Assembly (NCBI GenBank): GCA_964658305.1
Contig: OZ210884.1
Location: 5,146,001-5,210,000, forward strand
Length of the DNA stretch: 64,000 nucleotides
Direction of reading: 5' to 3'
Source: Leptogorgia sarmentosa
Lineage: Eukaryota
Shown here: positions 1-12,500 of the stretch, piece after piece
Layout: every line of letters starts with the position of its first letter
Numbering within the stretch: the stretch's first letter is position 1
The notes under the pieces: generated by a model
The model's database searches: none
What the model saw: the letters and a program-made list of their open reading frames with translations, nothing else
Told to the model about the DNA's origin: nothing
Position numbers and translations under genes: made by a program

Positions 1-3000
1 ATTGCGACGAAAAGGAACACTCTACCTGCCATGATACTGATGGCTCATTCGAATGTATTTGTGATTCTGGCTACAGAGAAGAAAGCGATAGTTGTCAAGG
101 TTGGTTAACTTTGTACAAATGACGCCATTGTTTCACAACTTCCTTACTCGAAGTCTTATGAACTTTTAATGTCAGTAATATGGATTATGAGAAGTGCATT
201 TGTCATGATCATATTCATATGAATGTGCCTGATGGGAATATTACTATTGGAAAAGGAACATTTTTCAAGAGTTTCACGTGCATGTTACTTTCGATCTTTG
301 ATTAGTTTGCAAGCCACTATATATTTTATTTCCAATAAAATTATGTATGGGTTACAGTATGATATGTGTGTGTTATGTGTTTTCATGCCAATGTTCAATT
401 ATACTCTCGCGATGTAAATATTGCGTATCAAATATTACATGGTAAACATCTCATTTTCTAGATATTGATGAATGTTCTGTGGGAAGCCACAACTGTCACG
501 ACAACGCTACTTGTGAAGACATAGACGGTTCGTTCACTTGTACTTGTAAGGCTGGCTATTCAGGAGACGGAACTGACTGCCAAGGTGAGTGCTTCTTAAA
601 CTTGTCAGGAAAAAACAAGTCTTTAAGTTAGGATCGATCCATTCTTGTAATTATTGGAACCGACAGAACACAATACAGAACACAATACAGAACACAATAC
701 AGAACACAATAAATTTTAGTATCAGGAACAAAATAGCGAAATTCATGGTTAACTTTGTAGTTTATTGCTTACTTTGAGCAATGGAAATGTACTGAATGTG
801 TTCGTTATTGAAATTAATAGGAACTTGCATTCGAAGTATTGATAAAAATTGCCTTGTTGTTCTTACCCGAGCTATTTATGTTTCGACCTAAATCAGGTTT
901 AGGAATAGGCAGCCCAGAAAGCCCACGCCCTGTTTTTTTAGTTGACCTAAAATCGATGTAATATTCCTTCTATAAAATTATGCTATCTATCAGTTGTATA
1001 TAATTGATAGCATTATCAGATAATTGACCGACTTTCGCCAGACAAGTTGTAAAAGTATTAATGCAGTAGCCAGCTTCGGCCATTCTACTATAGAAGGAAT
1101 ATAATGCATAAAATCGATTGATTTTAGGTCAGATAAAGAAAACAGCTCATTTCTGGGCTGTCTATGGTTAAGGTTCAAAATGACACATTAACGTGCGAAT
1201 AGAGCCGATTGATAATTACGTTATTTGCTGGGAGCTCGCCTGCCTCTCCTTCGCTCATTAGCCAATGGCAAAAAATACAATGCATGAAGTAATGAGTTTC
1301 GAAAAGATGTATGTATCATTAGCAATTTCGAGAGCAAGTGTAATTTCCTATGCTATGGCTAATTATCAGGATGGGCCATATAAAATTTTTATTTTCTATG
1401 GTCGGTTGTATTACTTGTATAAAGTTCTTAGTTATTTGTTTTAACTACTCGTTTCGTAGTGAAATGCTTCAGTTAACTCTAAAATATGCGTTTCTGATTG
1501 GTTAATTTGCACTAACTATATAGTAAACGCTAGCTACGTTTTTATGCAACCGTCCTCAGGTCACATAAAATAAGTATAGTTTATTCAGAAACGTGTTCTA
1601 TAGCTGCACTAGTTTAGCTGTCAGCATGCGGTGAATGACTTTCACATTTGTTATTGTTTGATTTTGAAGATGTCGATGAATGTTCTGAAGGAACTGCAGA
1701 TTGCCATAGTCATGCTTCATGTATGAACACAGCTGGGTCGTACCAGTGTGAATGTACTTCGGGATATCGAGGAAATGGGACTGATTGTGAAGGTATTTTG
1801 TTTAAAACTATGATGTTGTTGCTTTCTTTCTATATTCCCGATTTCCCTGTCTGGAAAAGAGCGGGAAGCTGTTTAGTTTTCGTCTGCATTGAGCTGGACG
1901 TGCATGGCAAGACTCTCGGAGGTTGCGTAACCAATCTTGGAGAATCTAATAGTCACTGAAATATGCAATTACATGCAGTTACATTTCCCCTTTAGATATC
2001 GATGAATGTGCCGAAGGGACGGACAATTGTTCAGCGAACGCTATCTGTAATAATCAAATCGGAACCTATGAATGTGCTTGTAAAGATGGCTTTGTTGCAA
2101 ATGGAGATCAATGTGGTTTGTAGCTATATAACTATTCATATTCACGTGATTGGCGGTCGTGTTGTATTATGTAAACTCGAGAAAATTATTCGATTTGAAA
2201 ATTGAATTCCAATGCAGGAGGAGGTTGTTAAATCGTATTTCAATTTATTACCAGAAGAAAACTACAAGATGATGGTTGTTATAATATTACCCAGATTTTG
2301 TGAGCTTAAACAAGAAGCTATTGATGTTCACTTGTAGCTATAATAATTTACCTGACCATTAACACAGGCCACAGATCGGTCATATAAATTATTTCGGTCA
2401 GACAGCGTATTTTCATCGTTCGCAAGAGTTATCTGTTCCTACTCTTTCTATATTTTCTGTTTTTAGACGATATAAATGAATGCACAGCCACACCACCAAA
2501 ATGTAATGCTCCTGGTCAAAGATGTACAAACTATGAAGGATCATATCGCTGTAGCTGTATCAGTCCTAGAAAACAACTTAATGAAGACGAATCAGCTTGC
2601 ATTAGTAAGTATAAAGTACTTAATTATATAACTAACGAGGTATAACTCACGTCCGAAAAAAGTCTGTATAACTATATAGAAATTACTCTTTGTTAATCTC
2701 GGATTAGGCCCGCGTTTCAGACGTCGAACTTTTTATGTGCTTCATTAAAACAATTAAGTTCGGCACATGAGAAGTTCGACGTCGTTTTCGATCACGTTCT
2801 AGCACCATTTTTTGGAAATAACTAACCGTGCTGAAGGTTTTGGATGAAAATTATGCAATTTGAATGGAATTAACCCCGAAATAATCGATCGTAAAATGCT
2901 GCCAAAACAGTCACTTGCGGACACTTGTCTTGGTTCGAGACATTTCAGGTCAAAAATGAAGCTTTTGGATAACTTTGAGGTGTTGGAATATTCTATAGGA

Positions 3001-6000
3001 CTTCTGTGAAAGATAAGAAATAGAAAGCGGCGTTTTGGTAGAGAAACAGGAAGCGATTTCTCGTCCACAATTCTCACTGTATATTTAGTCGTCGTTTCGG
3101 GAAGTGTATTCCGACAGAGTTGTCCGTGAAGGGAATTCATCCAAGAAGCCAAAGTTGACAAAACATATTCTTTCTGGCAACGATTAGTTCAGCGCGGGTA
3201 GTTATTTCCAAAAAATGGTGCTAGAACGTGATCGGAAACGTTTTGCGGTCGTAAAATGCGAAAAACATGGTTTTTCCTATACTAGCTCCTATTAATTTGA
3301 CCGGTTGAGCAGCCATCTTGGATTGCTCATGTTTGCCACATGCGTCAGCATATAATTATTCTACAGTCAGCAATCTAGGCTTCCTATATCTATGGAATAC
3401 CTCTGTCGTTCATCTGCCATTTAATCCAATTCTCAAAGGCTTAAACAACGCACGTTTAAGAGCGAAAGAGCCAATTTCAATAGAGGTCACTTTCTTGGGA
3501 CGCCTGGCCATGAGTGTGTCACCAAAAAAGTGACCTCTATAGAAATCACTCTTGTTGTTAAGCTCGGGTTATTGCACCTCAGGAAATTTAAATTAGCTTT
3601 TGACGAACAGCAACAAAAGAGGTGCTGTTATAAATACTTCTGTCGTTCATGAGCCATTCAATTGAATTTTATTGAATTTAACGTGATGCTTCATGTTCCT
3701 AGATGTGGCGGCGTCTGTCCAGGGTGGAATAAGAATTATAAATCGTGTTTTTAAACCTGAATACAACGATCCAAACAGCAGAGGATATTTTGAAATCACC
3801 CAAGTGATAATCCTTGCGGTGCGTTTTACAAAAACCGTTATTTTTTCATAAATGCTTGCAACGGCTACTGCGACTTGTAGCAACATTATACTTTTCTTGC
3901 ACACGCTTGTTAACAAGTTGTCGACGACTTGTTGGCAATTTGCTGAAAGGTTGTTGAGGTCAACAGGCTTGATTTAAGGCCTAGGTCAAACGTCGAACCT
4001 TTCATGCGCCGAACCTAATGCAAATGAGCTCAAACAAAGAAATTTGCTCATTAACATTAGGTTCGGCACATGAAAAGTTCGACGTTTAACCTAGGCCTAA
4101 GTTGTTCAAACAACTTTTTATCGTTTTGCAATTCGACAAAATGTTGTTGCGAACACATCATGGTGACAAGTTATGAGATTTTTATGCGTGTATGTTATGT
4201 GATCAGCTATTGATAGCCCAACATGCAGGAAAACAGTTCTATTTATCTTGTAGTTGGAGGCAAATTTCAGAAGAACCAGATTTGGGGCTATCTTTGTTCG
4301 AATCATTATCATAAGATTATAGTAAGTGGTGAATCAAACAATATCCGCTCACTGGCTGTCCTGCTCAAATCTTAATCCCATATTGCCATTTTGGCGATTA
4401 ATCCCAATCCCAGTGCAAAGAAGTGAGCGAACCCTATTCCCATTAGACCCCTTCAGAACATTCCCCGATATTGACCAAGGGCCGGTTGTATAAAAATCTT
4501 AACTACCCACTTCGTGGTTAAATGGTAGTTAATTTTGAAATACCCGTTTCTGATTGGTCAGTTTTCGCACTTATAACTATAATTAGCTTTAACTACCTTT
4601 TTATACAACCGGCCCCTGATGGTAACAGGTGGCTTGCAGTCTTTAATGAGTTGTCAGTATACAGAACAAAAGAAATCAAATGGTTCTGTTGCTTAAATTG
4701 TTTATACTTGCAGCGAGGGATCAGTGGGCGTCGACTACGTGGCAACGTTTAACAACACAGCTGGTGTAGATGATAACAATTTGAAAACTGGATTGGCTGA
4801 AGTACTAAATGTCACAAATAATGGCACGTTTCTTGGGGAGAGTGATCTGCAACTGAGTGAGCAGAATGATCCATCGCTAGCCATCGAAGCTCTGGAATTT
4901 TCAGGTAAGGTTACGACCGTCACGTACAATGTTATGAGTCAAAACGATGTAAAATAAAAACAGTTCCAGCTAGCTTGAAAGAGGTACATGTAAAATTAAA
5001 GTGACAGTTGATAACATTTGTCATGCATTTGCATGACCATTTATAGACCGTATAATGTTTTCTGCTTATTAATCTTTTTATCCGCATTTTACCAAATTAT
5101 AACCCGCCATAGTTGTCAAGCTTATTGTAAAGTGTAAACATTTTAATTACATTGTCGCGAAGGTCAAAGCCTGCAAGACGTTTACCAAAAATTGGAGCTT
5201 TTTTCGTATTTTCATTTAATTCGTTTTAGCCAGTATTCAGTAATCATTAAATAATCATTAAATAGGTTCTGAATAGGTTTAGCTATAGTAATCAGTAATC
5301 ATTAGTAATCATTAAATAGTCATAATAATCTGGGGGGAATATTCCTCATGTTTAGGTACGAGCCCGCCCCCAATGGAAAAATCATTATTGTTGTGCCAAT
5401 ACTAAATATAATAATATCTAATTTCACATTGAGAAATATCTTCCAGTAATTCTATGTTTTTTTTAACATAGAGAATGCTACTGTTTTTCAAATTGAATCT
5501 TGAACGAAGTTCAAGTTAATTTAACACAATTAAACATTTTTATTAGTAAAATGAATGATTGGAATCATAGTTTACACATTTTTGGATGTAATTCGTCGGC
5601 TTAATTAAATAAAATCTAATTAATTAATCTAAATTTTTTTTTAGATTATGATGAATGCAATCCTGCAGATGTTGTCCATATACCTGACTGTGGCAACAAT
5701 GCAACTTGCGTCAACACCGACACAAGTTATAACTGTACCTGTGATGAAGGATTTATACATGATGGCACGGGATGTATAGGTCAGTGTTAATTATTATATA
5801 CGGCCTGGTATTTTACGAGTTTCGTAAGTATTTTCCGGAGCCCGCGGGACGAGGAAAAATGCGAGAAACGAGGGAATTTATTATACGACACACAACTGTA
5901 TTTCTGATAATTTAACATTTATTAGATTAAATGTTAGATTAAACAGTTCGCGTCGGCCATTTTGGCTTTTATTGCTTTGTTTCCGGGTTCGAAACCGGTT

Positions 6001-7447
6001 TCAAACCAGTATATTAGAGTGCAATGCCACAGAGTAAGAATAACAGAGAGGAAGCAAATTGTGTCACGCTGTCTTTATGCGCATGCGTGACTTCCCAGCC
6101 AGTGCCAAAAAAAATTAATATGAAAATGGATTTCTGAATTTTTGTCATAAAAACAGCGATTTTAACGAAACTATCTGAACGATTTGCTTTATTTTTACTC
6201 TGTGGCTATACGGCGAGTGCAATACGGGTATCTGCACTCTGCTTTGCCCTTATATGGTAAAATGACGTCATTGTCGCATAATAAAGTTATTTATCGTTAT
6301 AAAACCTCGTGGTTTATGATTGGCAACAGCCATTCATGAATCCGTCTTTGTCAAACAAGTGACACTACAACGTGAGATATGACTTTTAGTCCGCGCTATA
6401 ACACAAGACCGACGCTAATTTTAATTAGTTTACACGTTTGATTTCTTTTTTTAGTTACTCCTGTAGTTCAAGTGGGTAAGTTTTCTAAATTTTGTAATTT
6501 TAAGTCAACTTTAAATGTACTAATCTAATGTACTCATCTAATTTTTTTGTTAACATGACTGATGTTCAAATTCTTTTGCGACAGTCGATAAAGATGATGT
6601 TGAAGAGATCAGAAAGTTGACAATAGTGACCATAGGATGGCTCTGCGCATGTGTGGCGATCTCCTTCATTATTACCATCGTTGCTGTTTTGATGTAAGTA
6701 AATATAACAACAATAATGAAAAAAATCGCTTCAATGATGCATTGAAAGTATCAGGGGTTGAATGGCAGAGTTGCCGAAATTAAAAGACGGTCAGAAATTA
6801 ATCTGTCCGTTCCACTATGTAAAGGCAAAAGCACTATATGTTGAAGACCACCCTACTCAATAATCGCGTTGTAATTTCTGGCGAATAAAACACTATTATT
6901 AATGTAGCTACAGTCGCTGGTTTGAATACGCTCTTATTATTTTCAAAGATTTGAGACTGTACAAAGAAAGAGCAACATTATAGATTTTGAATATGTTCCG
7001 CATTTACAAATTGAATCAAAGAAGCAGGGAGCCCACAGAGAGATTGTCCCGTTAACCCGACTAGCCATGCAGTTTGCGCTGGAAAGTATCATATCTCATT
7101 TAGTTTAAGTGCTTTCGGTCAATTTAGCTCAAAGTTTCTCTTTGTTTTTTTAAAGAAAATATGCATGTTGCCACTTTCGAAATAATGTTTTAAATATTGT
7201 ACAATTACAAATTTATTTTTTAAATTCTTTGAGACTATATTAAATCGAAACATGACAATATCAATGTGAAAAGACGAAAAATTTCCAATCATCTCTTTAT
7301 TTTAGGCTTTGTGAACAGAGAGCTGTTGGTTATCCGGTGGTATATGGAACCCCAGGAAACATCGTAGCTCGCAATATCACTGCGCCATCATACGTGCCTT
7401 CTCCGGTTATGGATGAGCATTATTCCAATGATGATTATGTTTTCTAA
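1..7447 (+). CDS. Gene A (5'-truncated by window edge): type I membrane protein, cbEGF repeats - SEA - EGF - TM - short Tyr-rich tail (fibrillin/mucin-like)
   Basis: Frame-consistent GT/AG exons: <1-99, 462-584, 1670-1792, 1996-2115, 2467-2604 (cbEGF, DIDEC..C..C..GS/TY.C.C..GY); 3703-3818, 4254-4321, 4714-4904 ([12 protein letters not shown]); 5645-5779 (EGF); 6455-6475 (21-nt micro-exon); 6585-6693 ([27 protein letters not shown]); 7306-7447 (tail ending DDYVF*). Confidence 0.88.
664..710. repeat. 12-bp tandem repeat (acagaacacaat)x~4 in an intron
   Basis: Visible directly; gives the spurious QNTI repeat ORF. Confidence 0.9.
1397..1559. mobile_element. Degenerate copy of the short MITE family also at 4476-4618
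   Basis: Ends ggtcggttgtat...tttttatgcaaccgtcct; shared internal gtttctgattggt..ttt.gcact..aactata. Confidence 0.55.
2783..3240. mobile_element. Non-autonomous TIR element inserted at the end of a palindromic MITE remnant (2704-2782)
   Basis: About 45-bp TIRs cgttttcgatcacgttctagcaccattttttggaaataacta / tagttatttccaaaaaatggtgctagaacgtgatcggaaacg; no clear TSD. Confidence 0.75.
3978..4097. mobile_element. PIF/Harbinger-type palindromic MITE, TAA TSD, nested in an acaagttg-family element remnant (~3870-4192)
   Basis: TIR ggcctaggtcaaacgtcgaac..ttcatg / catgaaaagttcgacgtttaacctaggcc; TAA at 3975-3977 and 4098-4100. Confidence 0.8.
4476..4618. mobile_element. Short MITE (hAT-like CA..CTG ends)
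   Basis: TIR caagggccggttgtataaaaa / tttttatacaaccggcccctg. Confidence 0.7.
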
Positions 7448-7624
7448 TTACCAAGTGCTTAGCTACCACAAAAACTGCAATCATGGCCAGTAAAAGTTGA
7501 AAATAAGTTTTTCAAGTCACGTCGAATGGCTATTTTGCCACGTGCATGACAGGCTCTCTCCTATAAATGCTTTGCGGACTTTATACGAAACAGCAACATT
7601 TACATGAGCTGTTGATGATAAAAA

Positions 7625-7630
7625 AATAAA
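7625..7630 (+). promoter_or_regulatory. Candidate polyadenylation signal of gene A
   Basis: AATAAA about 180 nt after the stop codon; the AT-rich background lowers specificity. Confidence 0.35.
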
Positions 7631-9572
7631 GCCTTTGAAACAAAATACACTTAGAACTATATATTCTTTCCAAACCATGTGATTAAAAGTATCTGGCTAT
7701 GATTGCAATTGCACCATGGAATTGTAAAAAGACTTTTAACATTTCTTTGTTTTAATAGAAAATAACTCGCGATTGTGTAATATGAAGTAGCTTTCGTATT
7801 TATAGGCTATTTCGTTTTGCTGTATTGCTTCAATGTTAAATTATCAGAAACACTTTGTGAAATTGAGGATGATTGTTTCTCACTTTACATAACACATACA
7901 CACAGTAAAGAGATTTAGCTCGAGGACAGAGCGTGATAAAGACGACGTGAAAATGGCGTTTTGGCCTTTTTCACGTCGTCAGCGACTTCCGCACTCTCGA
8001 TAAAAATCTGTCTATTCACTTTTACATTTTCTGATAGGTATGAAGTATCTTAATTAAGTCTTTTTTCAATTTAATGACTTACACGTTTCATATTCACTTT
8101 TATTGTATAACGAAGTTGTTTTTGCGCATGCACTATTTCTTTCTTCGCGTCATACATATACAAAAATGACTAAAAGGGGCCTTCAATATATAAACCCCTT
8201 CATGACAATGGCTGAAATACTCATGCCGTCATGAAGAAGCTAAGATTGAGAAACTTTTTAATACTTCATGTAGAAAGAGGCAACAAGTTTGACGGTGTTC
8301 GGTTTGTTTCAGAAATTTTCGAAATCTAGTAAATATTAAATATTCGGATCTTTATACAGGTGATCTAATTGAAAGGGTTGGAATGCATAGAAAATGTATA
8401 TTGGATGTTCTCTTCATAATGATACAGTCTTGATTTAATTATCTAAGAAACGGTTTCTCTATTTCATAAGCTCATCGTCAAACTAATGTCTCAGACATGG
8501 ATTTTGCGCACCTTACTTTGCGGAGCTCGTTCAGAGAACGACCACTCTTTTGGGTAATTTACATTTTACTGTATAATTTTGAAAAAATAAATCATTTGTG
8601 GTAGCAAATGTGTGTATTTATTCTCTGACTAAATTTCACGGTAGAAGTTTCAAGATTCTTTTTCTGAAACTTTCACTTCGGATTTCGTTCACTATTTTCA
8701 ATTCTTTCTATATCCAAGGATGCCACGAGAACTTCTATGGTTAGCACTCTGTGGTGCTACCCAAAACGTTGTTAAACACAACATTTGTAAACTTTTGTGG
8801 TATCCTTGAATAGTAGTAGTTTTAGGCGCATTGTAGGAACAACGATTTTCTGGTTCATTTTTCTAAAATCGCCAACAGAAGGGTTGTTATACCAAGAACG
8901 AAATATATTTTAAACATCCATCGTATATTCTTATGTTCAAAAGGCATTTAAAACGCAAGATTTTTGTAAAAATTCTTCATTTTCTAAGCGAAGTTTGGTG
9001 GAAACTGTGCTTTAAAAAGTTTTTTTGAGGTCAGGATTATCCCTAAACGATATCGACAAGTTTACCGTCGACTATTGACCAAATAGAGTTTTTGGTACAG
9101 GATTGGGATTAACGGATGAAAAAGGGAAATATATATATAATTCACACTCCGGCATAAATAGATAGAAATTTAAACACTAAATATGAAATTGTAAATATCA
9201 ATTGAAATATATTTAGTTGTTTCTTGAAATGTTTAATAGGCATTGTAGAAGAGAAGTTAAAAAGGTATCGTGTGTATAGGTAAAATGATATGAATCATTT
9301 TAAAGCATGCTTTATAATATACTGTAGCTAAAATCCGTAGCATGACTAAAATGTGCAAGTTGTCTCACATGTGGAGCCCATGCAGATTACATTATTGGTA
9401 AGTTATCATGGTAAGTTATCATGATCAACTGAATCATTTACGTTATATATCAATATTCATGCACGTTATATATAATTATTATTTGATTATTTAGGTTCTG
9501 ATTTTTACATATGAGAACGGTGCAATTACATCTTTTAGTGATATAGTGCTGCAAGTACACAATATACGACAT

Positions 9573-12500
9573 CTAGTACACAGCAGTTTCGTCCGGCCCA
9601 AAATAACGGTCTAAAAATACCGAAAACGATGGTCTGATGCTACGTTTTGCTTCCATTTCGTCCCTTTTACGGCGTGATCGTCTGGAAGTCCTGGAACAAA
9701 ATTTCAATAGAGCTAAGAAAGTTTGTAGAAAGGGAATTTCATCGTTTGCAATATACAAATACCAACGTGTTGGAATGGAAATGTTGGGAAAGATAGGAAA
9801 AGCTCGAGCCGAGTTTTTTTAAATTAAAAACTGCAGAGGTAATAACTGCCATGGCAATGGATGTGAGTTTCAGGCAAGGCACCTGCCCCTTTATCTACAC
9901 GTGGTCACAAATTGGATATCCTACCAGATGTCTCATTTCGCGAAATTCTGTCACAAATTTTTGATATGCAGTTTTTTTGTCTATGCCATGCATTCCCGAC
10001 AATAAAAGTTCTGCTATTACTATATGTAAGTTTATATTGTACACATACCTAACCATGCAGACCGCAATCAGGATGAAGGCCATGACGAAAAACACGGAAA
10101 CGGGAACGATTATTGCTACGAACAGAATTGTATCGACTCCTTTTTCGTTAACTTTGCCTTGATAATGAAGTATATATATGAGTTGTAGGTTCGTTTACAC
10201 TTGCCGCCTTTGCTGCGATTCCTAGAGCCATTCTCTCATTTGTATATGACTGAATTGGTACACCAGTCACGAATGGTAAAAAACCTATGTACTCAGAAGA
10301 TTCGCTGCTTTGAACACTTGGTTAATTATTATTAGGTTCATTTTGAAGTTCAGTGCGATTACGTAACCATGCACTTACTAGCACTTGATGTAATTAAGAC
10401 GGATTATGACAGTCGGGACAAAAGCATAGCCACAAAGAGACACGCTTTCGGAACAATGAAGGAAAATTTGAGTTTAGGAAGAATTGAGCGGGAGGAGATC
10501 CAACCTTCAGGTAGGAATTTGATAAATGACTGTGCGTGAACAGTTGTTACTATTATTGTTTCATAGGTTATATTGACAGTCGGCCGGTTTATATTTATCT
10601 TTGTTGTTGTCAAAATATGATTGGAATGTGCATGCTATATATAATATTTTCGAAAATTTATGCTTTTCAAGATTAAAGTAGAAGAAATCTGCGTATCATG
10701 CTTGTCTCCTTACCATTTGTTACTATAAACTCCCACTATTTCACATCTATGACGCTCAAAAGCAAGTGTAAACGGGCTTCAAACAACAATCATAACGATG
10801 CAATGAAACAGGCCGAATAGCATCGTTATTAATAGAGGCGTAATGCTGAAATACTAATATTTTCGGGAACAAAATCGTACAAAACGATTCATTCATTGGT
10901 GATGATGAAATTATCTATGGAAATGGAAGCCCGCATTGACGAGCGCCTAGAAATTTTTTATTTCCATGACACAATTCTTGACAAGTTTATTTTCTTGTGC
11001 GGATGAGAAACCGTTTTTCAATTTTTTCTTTACCAATTTACAAGGCCATTTATTACAGAGACAATGGCCCGATTTATACTAGAGACGGATGATCTGTCCA
11101 GTCGGATGATCCATCTGACGGATCATTCGTCTAAGTATAAATACAAGACGAACTATCGAGACGAACTATGATAAATGTCATGGGAACGAACTATACTTGG
11201 CGGAAAAATCAATACCGCCACTATGCTTGGCGGTTTCACTCAACAGTTCGTCTTATGTAGCATTTATACACAGACGAATTATGAGACGAGCTATCTTTTC
11301 TTTGCCCAAGTTCGTCCAGACGGATGATCCGTCTCTGGTATAAATCGGGCCAATATGTGCGCAGTGTAGTACTGTGCGTTTCTTTGTCGATTTGACGATA
11401 CTTACTGACACATTCGCTGCCATCGTTTTCAAAACCTTCGTTGCAGGCGCAAACATAAGTCATATTTAGATTAACACATCTTGCGTTCGGGCCACAATCA
11501 GGAATATGAACAATCTTTGCTGGGTGACATTCGTCATAATCTAGAAAGAACACACTGATATAAATTTTGAGGCGAGTAAATGATTTCCTGCAGTCTCATT
11601 TGTCGACGCAGCCCGACTCTCATGATCAAGCGGAAATCACGAATTCCGGGTTGAATATAACATCATTTCAAAATGGCGGCTTACCTAATCGACCTAATGG
11701 ACATGTACATCACGAAGATGTGATGTACATGTATGAGGATGATAGCATGCAACAAAGGATAGAAAAAGACAACGGCGAAGGAAGGGTTAAAAATTACAAA
11801 GGGCACTGGAAGGGTTAAAAAGCTGTGGGCGGGGACACGAGTGTCAAAATGCGCGAGATTCTGCGTAGGGTTTCATGGTTCCTCCCGAAGAAAGTTTCAA
11901 ATCAAAAGTCTCCCAAATATCACTGTAGCGTTTTGGGCAGAGATTTCACATAATTTCGGTGATTAATAATCCTTGTCCGATCAAGACAACAGAAGGGCTT
12001 GTCGAGCCTGTAGCTACATTGACAACTTGCCGATATCGCTCAATAACTCGTAGCTAGATGTTTTTTTCTAGAATCGATCGAATCGAAGCTTCACTTTTTA
12101 TAAATATTTCGACATAAAGCCGGTTTTCCACATGCGAATTTTGTCGCGCGAAGCGGATTTTTTCTTGGCGAAATAGTTGGCGCGAATAGCTCTTTGTTTT
12201 CCATAGCTAAGAGCGGAAAACACAAACCAAGATGGTGGCATTGAACCGCGGGAGACTCTTGATGCTCAGAAATAACTTGCTTAGATTGCTGCTGCTCAGA
12301 CGACCTTAAAAATCGACGGAATTTCTCGTTTCTCCCAAACTTCCACGCGTATTTCTATAACTCTTTAGTAGAATCATACTCGTATACTATTGCAAATGCT
12401 GCAATTTGATTGGCTACTCTACTCGCTATCTACTCCTCGATAGATAGCGAGTAGCAAAACATGTGAATTTTCGTTCAAGAAAATGTCTTCTGAGACGCGG

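Noticed and set aside
1625..1638. 14-bp match (catgcggtgaatga) between a gene A intron and gene B array introns
   Set aside because: Short, in opposite orientation relative to transcription, and likely chance.
10714..10746. Micro-exon in gene B matching the gene A micro-exon
   Set aside because: Good donor, but the 33-nt version has an in-frame stop and the 9-nt version lacks a pyrimidine tract.
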